Notes under the pieces: model-generated
Database searches by the model: none
Seen by the model: the letters and a program-made list of their open reading frames with translations, nothing else
What the model was told of the DNA's origin: nothing
Made by a program: the position numbers and the translations under genes
NCBI RefSeq assembly: GCF_011386835.1
Contig: NC_088792.1
Span: forward strand, 7,812,001 to 7,876,000
DNA length: 64,000 nt
Direction: 5' to 3'
From: Chrysemys picta bellii
Taxonomy: Eukaryota
Part shown: in pieces, positions 11,160-22,140 of the stretch
How the letters are laid out: each line of letters begins with the position of its first letter
Position numbering within the stretch: position 1 is the stretch's first letter

Positions 11160-11394
11160 GGGTATGTCTACTCCGTAATTAGTCACCCAGCTGGCTTGGG
11201 CTGGGGGGCTGTTTAACTGTGATGTAGACCTTCAGGCTCAGGCAGGAATCTGGGCTCTAGGACCCTGTGAGGTGAGAGGGTCCCGGAGCTCAGGCTGCAA
11301 CCCCAGCCCAAATGGCTTTGTCTACACTGCAATTAAACAGCCCCTTAGCCTGAGTCAGCCTGCGCAGGTGCCTAAGTGCAGTGTAAACCTACCC
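11160..11394. mobile_element. PIF/Harbinger-type MITE inserted in the PLE
   Basis: Termini gggtatgtctac...gtgtaaacctaccc. Confidence 0.75.
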
Positions 11395-11891
11395 ACAGCA
11401 TCACAGCTCAATCCAAGGTGGAACAGATTCTTTAGTGTAAGTAGTTAACACATTTCAAGGGACCATTCAAGGGGAAGTGGCCCATTAACACCCTTTCCAG
11501 TGCGAAGGGGGGGCAGGGCGGGGGAGGGGGAGGCAGCTTGGTGGGGAGGGGCTGTTAGTAGCTTTTAGATTGTTTGTTTGTAATAAGCCATAAATCAGCA
11601 TCTCTATTCAGTCCATGATTTTTAGTATCTAGCGGAGTTATGAATTTAAGCTCCCAGGCTCTTCTTTTGAAGGTGTTGTGCCGGTTCCCTTCGAAAATGA
11701 GAACCGAGATCCGCTGTAGCCGGATTGTTTTGGAAGTATGCACCTGCAAGTGTTTTCGTTGCACCCATGTGTTTATTGAGGCACTTAGCGCACTGGATGA
11801 GTCCAAAGTTCATTGAGCTCTGGAGGGTGTCGCGACCATCTGCTTGTAAAGTAGTGGAGGATGATTCCCCTGTGGCCTGGGGGGTGGTGGG

Positions 11892-12796
11892 TAGGGTTGC
11901 TAACCCTCCCGGTTTCCCCGGGAGTCTCCCAGAATCAGGCCCTATCTCCCGGAGGCTACTGCAGCCAAACTGGGAGATTTTGGGTGCTAACTGTCCGGCG
12001 GCACAGTGGGGCTAAGGCAGGCTCCTGCCTGCCCTCGCTCCACTCTGCACCTGGAGGCGGCCGGCAACGGCACTGTCTCTGTGGCCCTTGGGAGGGTCGG
12101 GGGTCTCTGCGCACTGCCCCTACCCTGAGCGCCAACTCCACAGCTCCCATTGGCTGGGAACTGCGGCCAATGGGAGCTGTAGGGGCAGTGCCTGCAAGCT
12201 GGGAGCTCCCTGCCCCTGTCTAGGAGCCACTGCCAGAGGGATGTGCAGGTCACTTTCAGGAGCCGCCCGCGGTAAGCACCGCCACACCCCAACCCCCTGT
12301 CCCAGCCCAGAGCCCGCACCCTGCACCCAAACTCTCTCTGCCAGAGCCCACACCTCTGCCCCAGGCTCAGCCCAGAGCCACCTCCTACACAGGGCCGGTC
12401 CACAACATTTTGGCACCTGAGGCGGGGAGCTCAAATGACGCCCCCATGCCCCCTTGCAGCTGACACAATTTTCTACACTCTGGGTCCTAGTGGCGCGCCT
12501 CCCCTTCTCCCCCCCCCCCCCCTCCCCAGTCTGGCACCTAAGGTGGCCGCCTCAGTTCGCCTCAAGGTAAGGCCAGCCTTGCTCCTACACTCCGAACCCT
12601 TCAGCCCCAGCCCAGCGCCCGCACTCCCTCCTGCACCTCAACCCCCTGCCCCAGCCTGGTGAGTGAGTGAGGGTGGGGAAGAGCAAGCGACGGGGGTAGG
12701 GGGCTGGAGTGAGTGGGGGCAGGGCCTCAAAGAAGGGGCGGGGCCTTGAGGAAGGGGGCAGGGCAAGGGTGTTTGGGTTTGTGCCATTAGCCCCTA
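11892..12796. mobile_element. Non-autonomous hAT element (TAGGG...CCCTA) with a nested insertion
   Basis: Perfect 8-bp TSD gtggtggg (11884-11891, 12797-12804). Confidence 0.88.
12390..12581. mobile_element. hAT MITE nested in 11892-12796
   Basis: Termini cagggccgg/ccagccttg; perfect 8-bp TSD ctcctaca (12382-12389, 12582-12589). Confidence 0.88.
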
Positions 12797-13269
12797 GTGG
12801 TGGGGCATGCTAATGCTATGAGCTTTGAGATTCTCTGATTAAAAGTACCAGCTGGCTCTGCAGTTGGAAGTTCAGACTGGTTTCTGTTGGGTTCAGATCC
12901 CTGCCCAGCCCTGCCTGAGAGAAATGTGTTCATACAAGGAGCATGGAACACAATAGCCCTGTAAATAAAGCAACCCCTTGCGCAGTGCACCAGAAAGACG
13001 ATTTCTGCTCGGTGATGTACCACCAGGGAAAGTGACTTCTCTTCAAGCCGCGGACCAAACTCGTCAATTGGATGTTTCAAAAGCAGCTCCTAGGAGTTGG
13101 TCCAAAGCAAATATAGCTCCCTATGCTCCGCCCTTGGACTTCCTGAGCGGGTGAAAACAGGAAGCAAAAGTTTTCCTTTAAGAAGAGCCATGCCGCTTAT
13201 GATACCCTGCCATCCCATTGCACCTTGGAGCAAAATCTCTTCTCCCACCTTTTAGTTAGGTGTATTCTC

Positions 13270-13520
13270 CCCATTTGACAGAGGGGGGGGAAACTGAGGC
13301 ACAGATAGAACAGGAGTACTTGTGGCACCTTAGAGACTAACAAATTTAAGGTGCCACAAGTACTCCTGTTCTTTTTGAGGATACAGACTAACACGGCTGC
13401 TACCCTGAAACCTGTCAAAATGAGGCACAGATGTAACCTGTTAAGTGACTTGACCAAGGAAACATATGGCAGAGCTGAGAATAAGACCTAGATTTCTTGG
13501 CTTGGAGCCCTGCATTTAAC
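13270..13520 (-). mobile_element. MIR-like SINE interrupted by a PLE
   Basis: ccccatttgacaga...gaaactgaggcacagat|...|gtaacctgttaagtgacttgaccaagg. Confidence 0.7.
13307..13420 (+). mobile_element. Miniature PLE insertion with a short inverted copy
   Basis: 25-bp inverted arms 13307-13331/13348-13372, followed by the tail ...ggctgctaccctgaaacct; 12-bp direct repeat tgaggcacagat (13295-13306, 13421-13432). Confidence 0.88.
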
Positions 13521-13773
13521 CACAAACCCCTTCATCTTGCTGTAAGTTTATGGATCAAATCTGAGGGTGACATTCAGGACCTAAGAGGCTGGAAAAGAAA
13601 AGGGACCTATCTTGCGGTATAGGATTGTTCCCTGCTCGGTGTATACCTGCATGCCTTATATGGATTGCTTGCTGCACAGCCGAGCTGGGCAAGTCACCCT
13701 CGCTGAAGTGGACAGTGAATTATGGTGCAGGTGCCGTGCTGAAAAGGACCGTGGAGTTCCGGGGGAGCAGGGA

Positions 13774-13902
13774 GGAAGTCAGTATAATAAATCACTCTCA
13801 ACAAAGGCTCCCCCAGCCTGGACACCCCTCCACTCTCCTTTGTGCAGTGGGCATCCTCCGAGTGATGGCCTGATGAGCCCTGAACCTCCTGTGCTAGTAA
13901 GT
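13774..13902 (+). promoter_or_regulatory. Candidate promoter and non-coding first exon
   Basis: ETS-like GGAAGT (13774-13779), TATA-like TATAATAAA (13783-13791), donor cta|GTAAGT at 13897, and locally raised CpG. The link to ALS2CL is unproven. Confidence 0.3.
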
Positions 13903-15948
13903 TCCTGCGGCGTGTAAATCCTTCAGCTGGGGAGGAAAGCCAGTGAATTGTAGCGTCGGCGCGTCTGGGGAATCGGAGAATGGGGCTTTGTTCCTGCTCT
14001 CCAGCGCTCCCCGAAGCAGGCTGGGACAGTGCGGGCCTTTGTTTAGCAGCACTCGTGGGGTAGGCTTGCTGCCTGATGAAGGATTGCATGGATTTGTTAA
14101 TTATGGATGGATTGATTAGAAAAGCTGAAGGGCTTTTGGGCAGAGGGCTCTGGTAGGTTGAAGGGCAGCGGGAGGTTGGCGGGGGTGAGGAGGTGTGGTT
14201 AAAAAAATCTTCCCTTGCTGGTGACCGCATGAAGGTGTAGTGGCTTGTGTGCTGCTGTGGGGAACACGTGCATCATGTAAGCATGTTTAGTGTGCAACAG
14301 ACATGTGTGCAGTGTGTTTTGAATAGCAGTGGCTCTCCTGTTTCCCAGTGCTTTGATCTGACTCTCATGCTGCTCTTAACAGCAGAAGCCAGGCAAGTGT
14401 GAAAATTGCCGAGCAAGGTAAATGATGCAAGGCGAAGGATCATGGAAAGCACCGAAATACACAGGAGGAGGGGGCAATACGTGGCCTGGAGCTGGGGAGA
14501 TATTGGACGTGGTGATCCAGGGGATGTAACCTAGTGGAGAGGAATTCATTGAACGGCTTTCCCTTTAAAACATACTTCTATTTTACATGCCTCTAACATG
14601 CATTAAACAGTAATTGACACATTGGATTGAAGCGACAGGGGTTTTTTGTTTCTAAGCAACTGGAGAACAAAGGTAATGAGCAGCCAATGCCTAGCTTCCC
14701 TTTGAGGGTTTGGTAATTCTATCTCGGGGCCCTGTGTCTCTTGCCCAGTACACAGGCCTGGATCTGTGTTTCAGCAAAGTAGGCAACTTGCTGTGGGAGG
14801 GAGGAAGGGAGCTGTGGGTGTGGTGATCAGAGACTCTGGTAGTTCAGCGCTCAGAAGCCCAGAGGAACTGAAGCCGCAGCAGCCCAAGGAAAACATGATT
14901 GTTCATCTTATGTAAAGTAAGTTATTTTAGCCACCAGTGTGTACGTTAAAGCTGCCTTCGCTTGACCTTAAATAGCCAGATTGCACGAGGGAGTGTTTTA
15001 GGATACTCTCCCCGGATTAAATAGACAAGGTAAAATGCAGTTGAAATCTTTTTGAACGTGGAGAGCCCTTTAATTGTGCCAGTGGTGGTAGAATTCAGTG
15101 CATTTCCTGGAGTGTCTGCCACTGGCAGGGTTTATTGGCATTCTGCTTTCTTATCAAGGGGAGGGAGGGCTCAAGGTGTCTTAATTAGGGGCGGGGGGGG
15201 GGGGGGAATGGGGTGGATATTGGTGCTACTGGTGAATGTAAGATACACAGCACTGGAAGAGAACTGAGTTCTCAGCAGTGTCACAAGGTTAAAATAGGAG
15301 CCCTGAGACTTCTTAGGAGAAACACAAGATGACCCTGGCAAAAGGAGGGGGGAGAATCTAGCTGGAGCCTGTTTGTGTGGGAACTTGTTCCTGTATCGAA
15401 CGAGACAGACCCGGCCGAGGCAGGAAGCACCGATTTTTACCTGGGATCAGTAGCTTGGTGAAGCCAGATTCAGAACCCTGCGTGCAGCTCCGGATTGGAG
15501 CCTCCCTGGCTGAGCAAAAACAAATACCAGGCTTATTAGTCACGGTGGAAGAGCGTGCCCGGGTGCTCTGCAAATGGCACAATTGCTGTCATTCTCCCGA
15601 CGAGTTGACTGCAAAGTTTTAGACTAGCCTGGTGTGATTGCAAGCCCGGCTGGGAGCGTTTTGGAATGCAGGTGAACTTTTGGTATCTTAAAAGCCTCTC
15701 CAAACGCTGATTGCAGGTAAACTGTCTTGCCAGGTTGCATTGGCTTTATTTGCAGTCCAGTAGCTCTCAGAGGTCTCCTCAAAACCCCAAAGTGGCCTGT
15801 TGTGCTAGGTGCTGTACAGACGCCTGGTGCGCTCTCGTCCAAATGGGGGGTGGTCTAATCCTTCTCTGGAGGAGAAGGGGATCAGTGTTAATAGTCCTGT
15901 ACTAAGTGGCCCGTTTCCGTGCTGATGAGTTTAGAGGTCTGACACATC

Positions 15949-16200
15949 GCAGAGGGTGGATGGCCCAGTGGTTGAGACACTAGCCTAGGACTTGGGTTCA
16001 CGTTCCTGCTCTTGGGCTCAAGTTCATGCCACAGGCTTCCTGCAGGACCTTGGGCAGGCTGCTTATTCTTGGGACCTGTGTTCCCCCGTCTGTAAAATGG
16101 GCCCTGCCCTGCCTCACAGGGGCGTCGTGAGGATAAATACACTACTGGTTATGAAGCACGGGGATGCAATGGTGATGGGTGCCGTATAAGTATCTTAGGT
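15949..16200 (+). mobile_element. MIR-like tRNA-CORE SINE
   Basis: A-box-like tggcccagtgg; core gaccttgggcagg...ccgtctgtaaaatggg...tgaggataaat. Confidence 0.75.
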
Positions 16201-16260
16201 AGCACAGTTCTGTTTCATGGACTCTTTCGTGACCGCTCCCACAATGCTCTGGAGCTATAG

Positions 16261-16553
16261 CATGGGGTGTCCAGACTTACATATGGCAATCTTAAGAAAT
16301 TCAAGAGCCAGGGTGCACCCGTGTGGGTCAGGGCTTCAGCCCCACTCCTACTGAAGTCCCAAGCCCTGGCAGCTGTGCCCTGCTGGGCAGAAGCTCCTAC
16401 CCCCCCCCCACCCTGCTGCAAGGCAGAGGTCCGGAGCTACCCCCGCCCCCTGCAGTTTGGTAGGTGGAGAATCGGGGGTCGGGGGGCTCCGTGAGTTGCA
16501 CTTTAACTGTAAAAGAGCCACATGTGGCTTGTGAGCCAGTTTAGCCAGCCCTG
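16261..16553. mobile_element. hAT-type MITE
   Basis: Ends gccagccctg; flanking 7-bp repeat ctatagc. Confidence 0.7.
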
Positions 16554-16972
16554 CTATAGCCGGAACTAACAGCGGAGAGATGAGATGGAGCTGCGGGAAG
16601 AAGGCAGTTCAGGGTAGGGGAGTTTGAGGGTGGATTAGCGGCCCCCTCCCCCCCCCCCTCCAGTGGGTCGCTGGTGAGGTTTGATGGGCAGTAGAGACCA
16701 CTGCCTTACAGATTGCTGGCACCTGACTGGCACTTGCTGCCGCTAAGGTTGGTGCTCATCTTACCTGCCTTCCTTTTAAGGACAGGAGGGAAGCCAAGAG
16801 ACAGCGTGAGGAGCAGGGGAGAAGCGGCACTGTTGTAATATGCTTAACTGCTCTGATGATGATGATGATGTAATATGCTTAACTGCTCTGAATTGTTTTC
16901 GCTGGCACTGCGGGGAAGTTCTCGCCCGTCTGCAATTCACAGGCTTCGCTCTCTTCGGAGAGAAGTCGTTTA

Positions 16973-17041
16973 GGGCCTGATCCAAAGCACGTTGTTTATG
17001 GAAAGACTTTCACCCACTTCCGCGGGCTCTGGCTCCGGCCC
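16973..17041. mobile_element. Short hairpin MITE remnant
   Basis: tta|gggcctgatccaaagc...gctctggctccggccc, an imperfect ~70-bp hairpin. Confidence 0.55.
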
Positions 17042-17496
17042 AGACGCTCTGCCTCTCTCCAGTCTTTGAGAACAGATGTTGCTTTCAAAGGCTAAGCCGA
17101 GAGCCTAGTTCCCTCAGCAAGAGCAGCGCAGGCAAACTTTGTGTAGGGACCAGGTGGGGAGCGGGCCTGGATCGAGCGGGGCTGGAATCCTCTCCTTCCA
17201 GTGTCCAATACAAAGGCTGGACCCTGGCATCCGGGCAGGTGGGCTGCAGGCTTTAGGGTTGTCAACAGACCTGTATTACAAGGGATGCCGCTTATTTACA
17301 TGGAAAATTGCCTGTCCTGTACTAAATCTGTACGGGACGCCCTTTGTCCTGTATTTCAACATATTAAAACTAGTCTCCTGACGTAAAGTCAGTCTTCTTC
17401 TTATGTTGGTGTCCAAGGCTATAAAGTTTGTACAATTAGACAGTGTAGTAATGCAGAATCGGTCCCGTGACTTACTGAACCAATGTACCTATAGGG

Positions 17497-18270
17497 CAGC
17501 GGTTCCCAAACTATGGGGCATGCCCCCGGGGGGGGGGGGAGCATGGTAAGCTTATTGCGGGGGGGGGGGGGGGGGGGGGAGGGGCACGAAGCCCTGACGG
17601 GCCATGCTGAAAGGCTGGAGTCAGGAGCGGGCTCTGTCCGGCAGGGGAAATGGAGAGGGCTCTGTGCTGGTGGTCTCGGCTGCCAGGACCAGGTTCCCTG
17701 CCCTGCCCTCCATGTTCCCTGCCTGCCGCAGCAGCCACCTACTAGCAGTTATGCTCCTCTACTGGGGATGTTGGTGGGCACTCTGCAAGTGGGGAACAGA
17801 AGACAACACCCCAGGAGTACCGAGCCCCCTGCCAGACAGCCCCTTCAGCGCAGCTCCAGGGCATGCAGCCCCATCCACTTACCCTGCCAGACAGAGCTGG
17901 TGCAGGGAAAGCAGACAGGGCCATGGTCAAGGGCTATAGTCAGGAGGGGGCCCTGTCCAGCAGGGGGTCAATACTCCCAGGTGCATCTTTCCACTCCCCT
18001 CCCGACACCAGGCCGTGTAGTGCTGCCCTGTTCGCTTCCCCTGCGCAGGTGAGGAGCCAGATGGGCAGGGAGCCGGGTCCCGGCAGCCAAGACTGCCTGA
18101 CTGCTGCGTGGAGTGGAAGGTTTCCTCAATTTCCACATGGCTAGTACTCCCCACCCCTTGTGGTACTGGACACCCCACCCCTGGCACCTTTGGGTACAGG
18201 GTACTCCTCCCCCATAAGGGTGCTAAGAAAAAAGTCCTGAATTTTTGAAATACAGTGTTGAAAACCCCAG
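17497..18270. mobile_element. GC-rich hAT-type element
   Basis: Starts cagcggttcccaaact and contains poly-G tracts; right end and TSD uncertain. Confidence 0.6.
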
Positions 18271-18405
18271 CTGCAGTCCGTTAGCAATCATGGCAGTTGC
18301 TATGATCTCCTCCTGCTCCTCTGACTTGCCCACTATTTCTCAGCTCCTGGGGAGGGTCAGAGTTTCTGGTCCATGCAGTGAACCTGTAGAAGTTGTGTAC
18401 TGGGG

Positions 18406-18955
18406 TTCACAGAATATATATCAGGGTTGGAAGGGACCTCCTGAGGTCCCTTCCAGTCCATGCCCCAGCTCAAAGCAGGACCAACCCCAACTAAATCATC
18501 CCACCCAGGGCTTTGTCAAGCCTGACCTTAAAAACCTTGAAGGAAGGAGATTCACCTCCCTAGGTAACCCATTCCAGTGCTTCACCACCCTCCTAGTGAA
18601 AAAGTTTTTCCTAATATCCAACCTAGACCTCCCCCACTGCAACTTGAAACCATTGCTCCTTGTTCTGTCATCTGGTACCACTGAGAACAGTCTAGATCCA
18701 TCCTCTTTGGAACCCCCTTTCAGGTAGTTGAAAGCAGCTATCAAATCCCCCCTCATTCTTCTCTTCTGCAAACTAAACAATCCCAGTTCCCTCAGCTTCT
18801 CCTCATAAATCATGTGCTCCAGCCCCCTAATCATTTTTGTTGCCCTCCGCTGGACTCTTTCCAATTTTTCCACATCCTTCTTGTAGTGTGGGGCCCACAA
18901 CTGGACACAGTACTCCAGATGAGGCCTCACCAATGTCGAATAGAGGGGAATGATC
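18406..18955 (-). mobile_element. CR1 LINE 3' fragment, well preserved
   Basis: Minus ORF 18496-18933 [39 protein letters not shown]...WNGLPREV. Confidence 0.95.
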
Positions 18956-19789
18956 AGCCTGGAAGGATTTCACCCAATAACTCCATAACTAGACATTTCG
19001 GATTCCGTTGTTGCCTGCTTAGCGCTGTGCAAAGCGAGAGAGGCTGCCAACTCGGACTGGTTGTGCTTCCCCCACATACTTTGCTTATGTGTCACTGGGG
19101 TTGAAACCACTGACTAAGCGCCATATAGTCCTGCTGATTTACTGCTCTTGACCCTCTTCCCCCTACCCCCGGGATCTATAACTTCCTCATTAGATCCTAG
19201 GGCCCAGGATTCTGCCGTTTTAAGACCATTGGAGTTTTGTCAGTGGGCCCAGGATTTCACTCCTATATTGAAGGGGATAGAAGAAACTCAGTTAGTCATC
19301 ATAACTTTGCCCCCCCAAGGTTATTTTTTTTTGAAGGAAGCCTGTTCAAATAATACAAATGCTGCCGCAAAAAACATTTGGGTTTTTCAAAACTTTTTTT
19401 TTTTTTTGGTCAGATCAAAATAAACATGTGGTCTTTGTGGCTTCCCTCTTCTCCCCCATTTCTGGTGGCATTGGGGAGGACAAATCTGAAAACCGAACAT
19501 CTCTCCGGGATTTGATGCATCACACTTAAAAAGAAAGTGCTTCTGAAACTGCAGAAAATACTGCCCACTCTTGGGGACCAGCTCTAGGCAATGCTAACCT
19601 TCCTAGCATTTCTCTCCTAGATTTACCAAACTTGATAGTCAAGATCATGAAAACTGTTGCCAACCTGACCTTTAATTCTCCTTAACTATTACTAGGTCCA
19701 TAATAGTACTTACCTGATCCTCCTGAGTTCACATTACTTCAGCACTTTTACCATCTCACTTTTATATTAACCGTAAAGCCCTAGCAGCC

Positions 19790-19990
19790 TTAGTCATGGA
19801 GCAGCACCCCACTGTGCTAGGTGCTGTACAAACACAGATCAAAAAGACCGTCCCTGTCCCAAAGAGTTTATAATCGAAGACAAGAGACAACACACGGATA
19901 TGGACAAATGGGGGAGCACAAGGAAACAATGAGACCATGTCAGTCAGCAGAACAGATAGTGGTCTCAGCTTCGCTGTTGTCGTGTTTTTT
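19790..19990 (-). mobile_element. L2-tail-like SINE/LINE fragment
   Basis: tgctaggtgctgtacaaacacag...gtccctgtcccaaagagtttataatc. Related pieces at about 42050-42170, 46440-46540 and 53320-53530. Confidence 0.6.
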
Positions 19991-20060
19991 TGTAGATCTT
20001 TCTGTCCCAACAAACTCCAAGAGCGGACCCTTCAATTCCTTCAACTGGCTTTCAATCTCC

Positions 20061-20415
20061 TGTAACCCCTTTGGGTTTAGAGAGCATGGCCCCTTTAAAT
20101 CTTTTTCCTAAGGGGAGAGGGGGAGCAGTGAGAGAATGGAGGGAAACTCCAGGGGGTGGCTCTGGCGCTCCAGAGAGAGAAGGGCTGCAGCCCGCAGCCC
20201 CTCACAAAGTGAAGCAGCAGAGAACCTGCCTGGAGCCTGGGAAGGGCAGGGCCGAGCGGGGACACCCCAGGACAGGCGCCAGGAGGAGCACTGTTCTGGG
20301 GGGAATCGCCCGAGAAGGACCCAGTATCACGGCTGCCCAGAGCTGCATGGGGTTGTGAGTACTGGGGCTTGGGACTCTGCACTGGGAATAAGGAGGGAGG
20401 CTGCTAGCTGGTTTG
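20061..20415 (+). mobile_element. Possible LTR fragment
   Basis: Begins tgtaacccc and is purine-rich; the right end is not visible. Confidence 0.35.
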
Positions 20416-20419
20416 TGTA

Positions 20420-20954
20420 CACAGAATCAATCCCTTACCTCTCTCTAAAAGTGCAAAGTTTCAAAAAGTTCAATGAATAGAAGATTGTTGGGGGCAGGAT
20501 AGATCTGGGCAAGGAGAAGAAGTCTGGAAATATATGTGAGAAGCGAGGGACATATGCTTGTTTTGTGAAAATATTATATGTTTGCTGTTGAAGGAAAAAA
20601 ATCCAGAATACTTAATGACAGCATGGCAAGAAAATCCTCCAAATAGTAATGATTAACCTGTTGAACTGGAGATAGTTCACCTCCCAACGACTTCATAAAT
20701 ATCTGGTTCAGTTACATTTGGTAACGGAAATAACCAAACAAGCATTCATTTTTTGATAAATCTGAAAAGTTTTCAAAATAAATCAGTTTAAAAATATATA
20801 TAGTGTGTACCTTCTAAAAATGAAACCTACATCTATCTCTGAGTTGTGAAGAATATGTATTAAGGTTATAACAACCAACAAGAATGCACTTTTATGTAGA
20901 AAACCATGATTAAACGGAGTTTCCTGACTAGTGATTTAAATCAAATCCACCCTG
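20420..20954. mobile_element. AT-rich DNA transposon (hAT-type) terminal fragment
   Basis: Ends gatttaaatcaaatccaccctg; the other terminus was not found. Confidence 0.55.
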
Positions 20955-21310
20955 ACACTAACACAATATGCTGTGTGAAAGTCTGGTGTGAAGAACTTGC
21001 TTCAGAGTGTCTATTGGCCAAAATAAGGCTTGGACCTGTTTTTTCCTCCTGAGATGAAAGATCTCTGTTGGGACTCTAGTCTGAATGCAGACACTGCAGC
21101 ATAATACAATGCTGGGATGTGGCTTATCACAGTGGCATGGACTAGAAACATGGCTTAACGTTTAAGGAAGAAAGAACAATGGTTTAGACCAAATCAGAGC
21201 CTTTCCCCAGACTCCTAGAATTGGCTCTCTGGACCAGTCTTAAATACATCTGTGAAAAACTCAGAACATGTGGTGACTAGAAAAGACCATCTCAGAACCC
21301 ATTATTGGAA

Positions 21311-22140
21311 AGTTCTGTTATGGTGCAGGTGTGGTCACCCCATCTCAAAAAAGATATATTGGAATGGGAAAAGGTTCAGAAAAGGGCCACAAAAATGAGG
21401 GGTATGGAACGGCTTCCGTATGAGGAGAGATTAATAAGACTGGGACTTTTCAGCTTGGAAAAGAGACGACTAAGGGGGGGATATAATAGAGGTCTATAAT
21501 ATCATGGAAGTGTTATTTACTCCTTCTCCTAACAGAAGAACTAGAGGTCACCCAATGAAATTTAATAGTCAGCAGATTTAAAACAGAAAAAGGAAGTATT
21601 TTTTTCATACAACACACCGACAGTTTGTGGAACATTTTGCCCGAGGATGTTGTGAAGGCCAAGACTATAACAGAGTTCAAAAAAGAGCTAGATAAGTTCA
21701 TGGAGGATAGGTCCATCAATGGCTAATTAGCAGGGCCAGCTCTAGGCACCAGCTAAGGAAGCAGGTGTCTGGGGCGGCAAATCTGAGGGGGCGGCACTCC
21801 GATTTTTTTTTTTCTTTTTTCCCTTCTTCGGCGGCAGCTTTTTCATTTTTTCTTTTTCGGCGGCACTGCTGCGGCCGCTTTATTTTTTTCCCCTTCTTTG
21901 CTTCGCTGCTTGGGGCGGCAAAAAAGGTAGAGCCTGCCCTGGCTATTAACCAGGATGGGCAGGGAGGGTGTCCCTAGTCTCTGTTTGCTAGAAGCTGGGA
22001 ACGGGCGACAGGGGGTGGATCACTTGGTGATCTGTTCTGTTCATTCCCTCTGGGGCACCTGGCATTGGTCACTGTTGGTAGACAGGATACTGGGCTAGAT
22101 GGACCTTTGGTCTGACCCAGTACGGCCGTTCTTATGGTTC
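21311..22140 (+). mobile_element. CR1 LINE 3' fragment with a nested hAT
   Basis: [55 protein letters not shown]; 3' end ggccgttcttatg. Confidence 0.92.
21731..21941. mobile_element. hAT MITE (same family as 856-1204) nested in CR1
   Basis: TIR cagggccagctct/agagcctgccctg; degenerate TSD gcta(a)ttag / gctattaa. Confidence 0.85.

Larger units (their letters stand above)
10503..11850 (-). mobile_element. PLE 3' region with degenerate GIY-YIG endonuclease C-terminus and pLTR, split by two later insertions
   Basis: Minus translation GLIQCAKCLNKHMGA ... SVLIFEGNRHNTFKRRAWELKFITPLDTKNHGLN (frameshifted). pLTR pieces resume at 11124-11159 and 10503-10535. Confidence 0.82.

Noticed and set aside
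14840-14922. Alternative 5' exon candidates (donors at 14418, 14917 and 27473)
   Set aside because: Consensus donors occur by chance and these have no supporting promoter arrangement; transcript data are needed.
16860-16891. UGAUGA...CUGA resembling a C/D box snoRNA
   Set aside because: The boxes are only about 20 nt apart, there is no terminal stem, and they arise from the microsatellite plus duplication.
18496-18933. 145-aa ORF with clear homology
   Set aside because: It is the CR1 ORF2 C-terminus in a 5'-truncated copy, not a host gene. The same applies to 5737-6376, 6948-7244 and 21305-21499.
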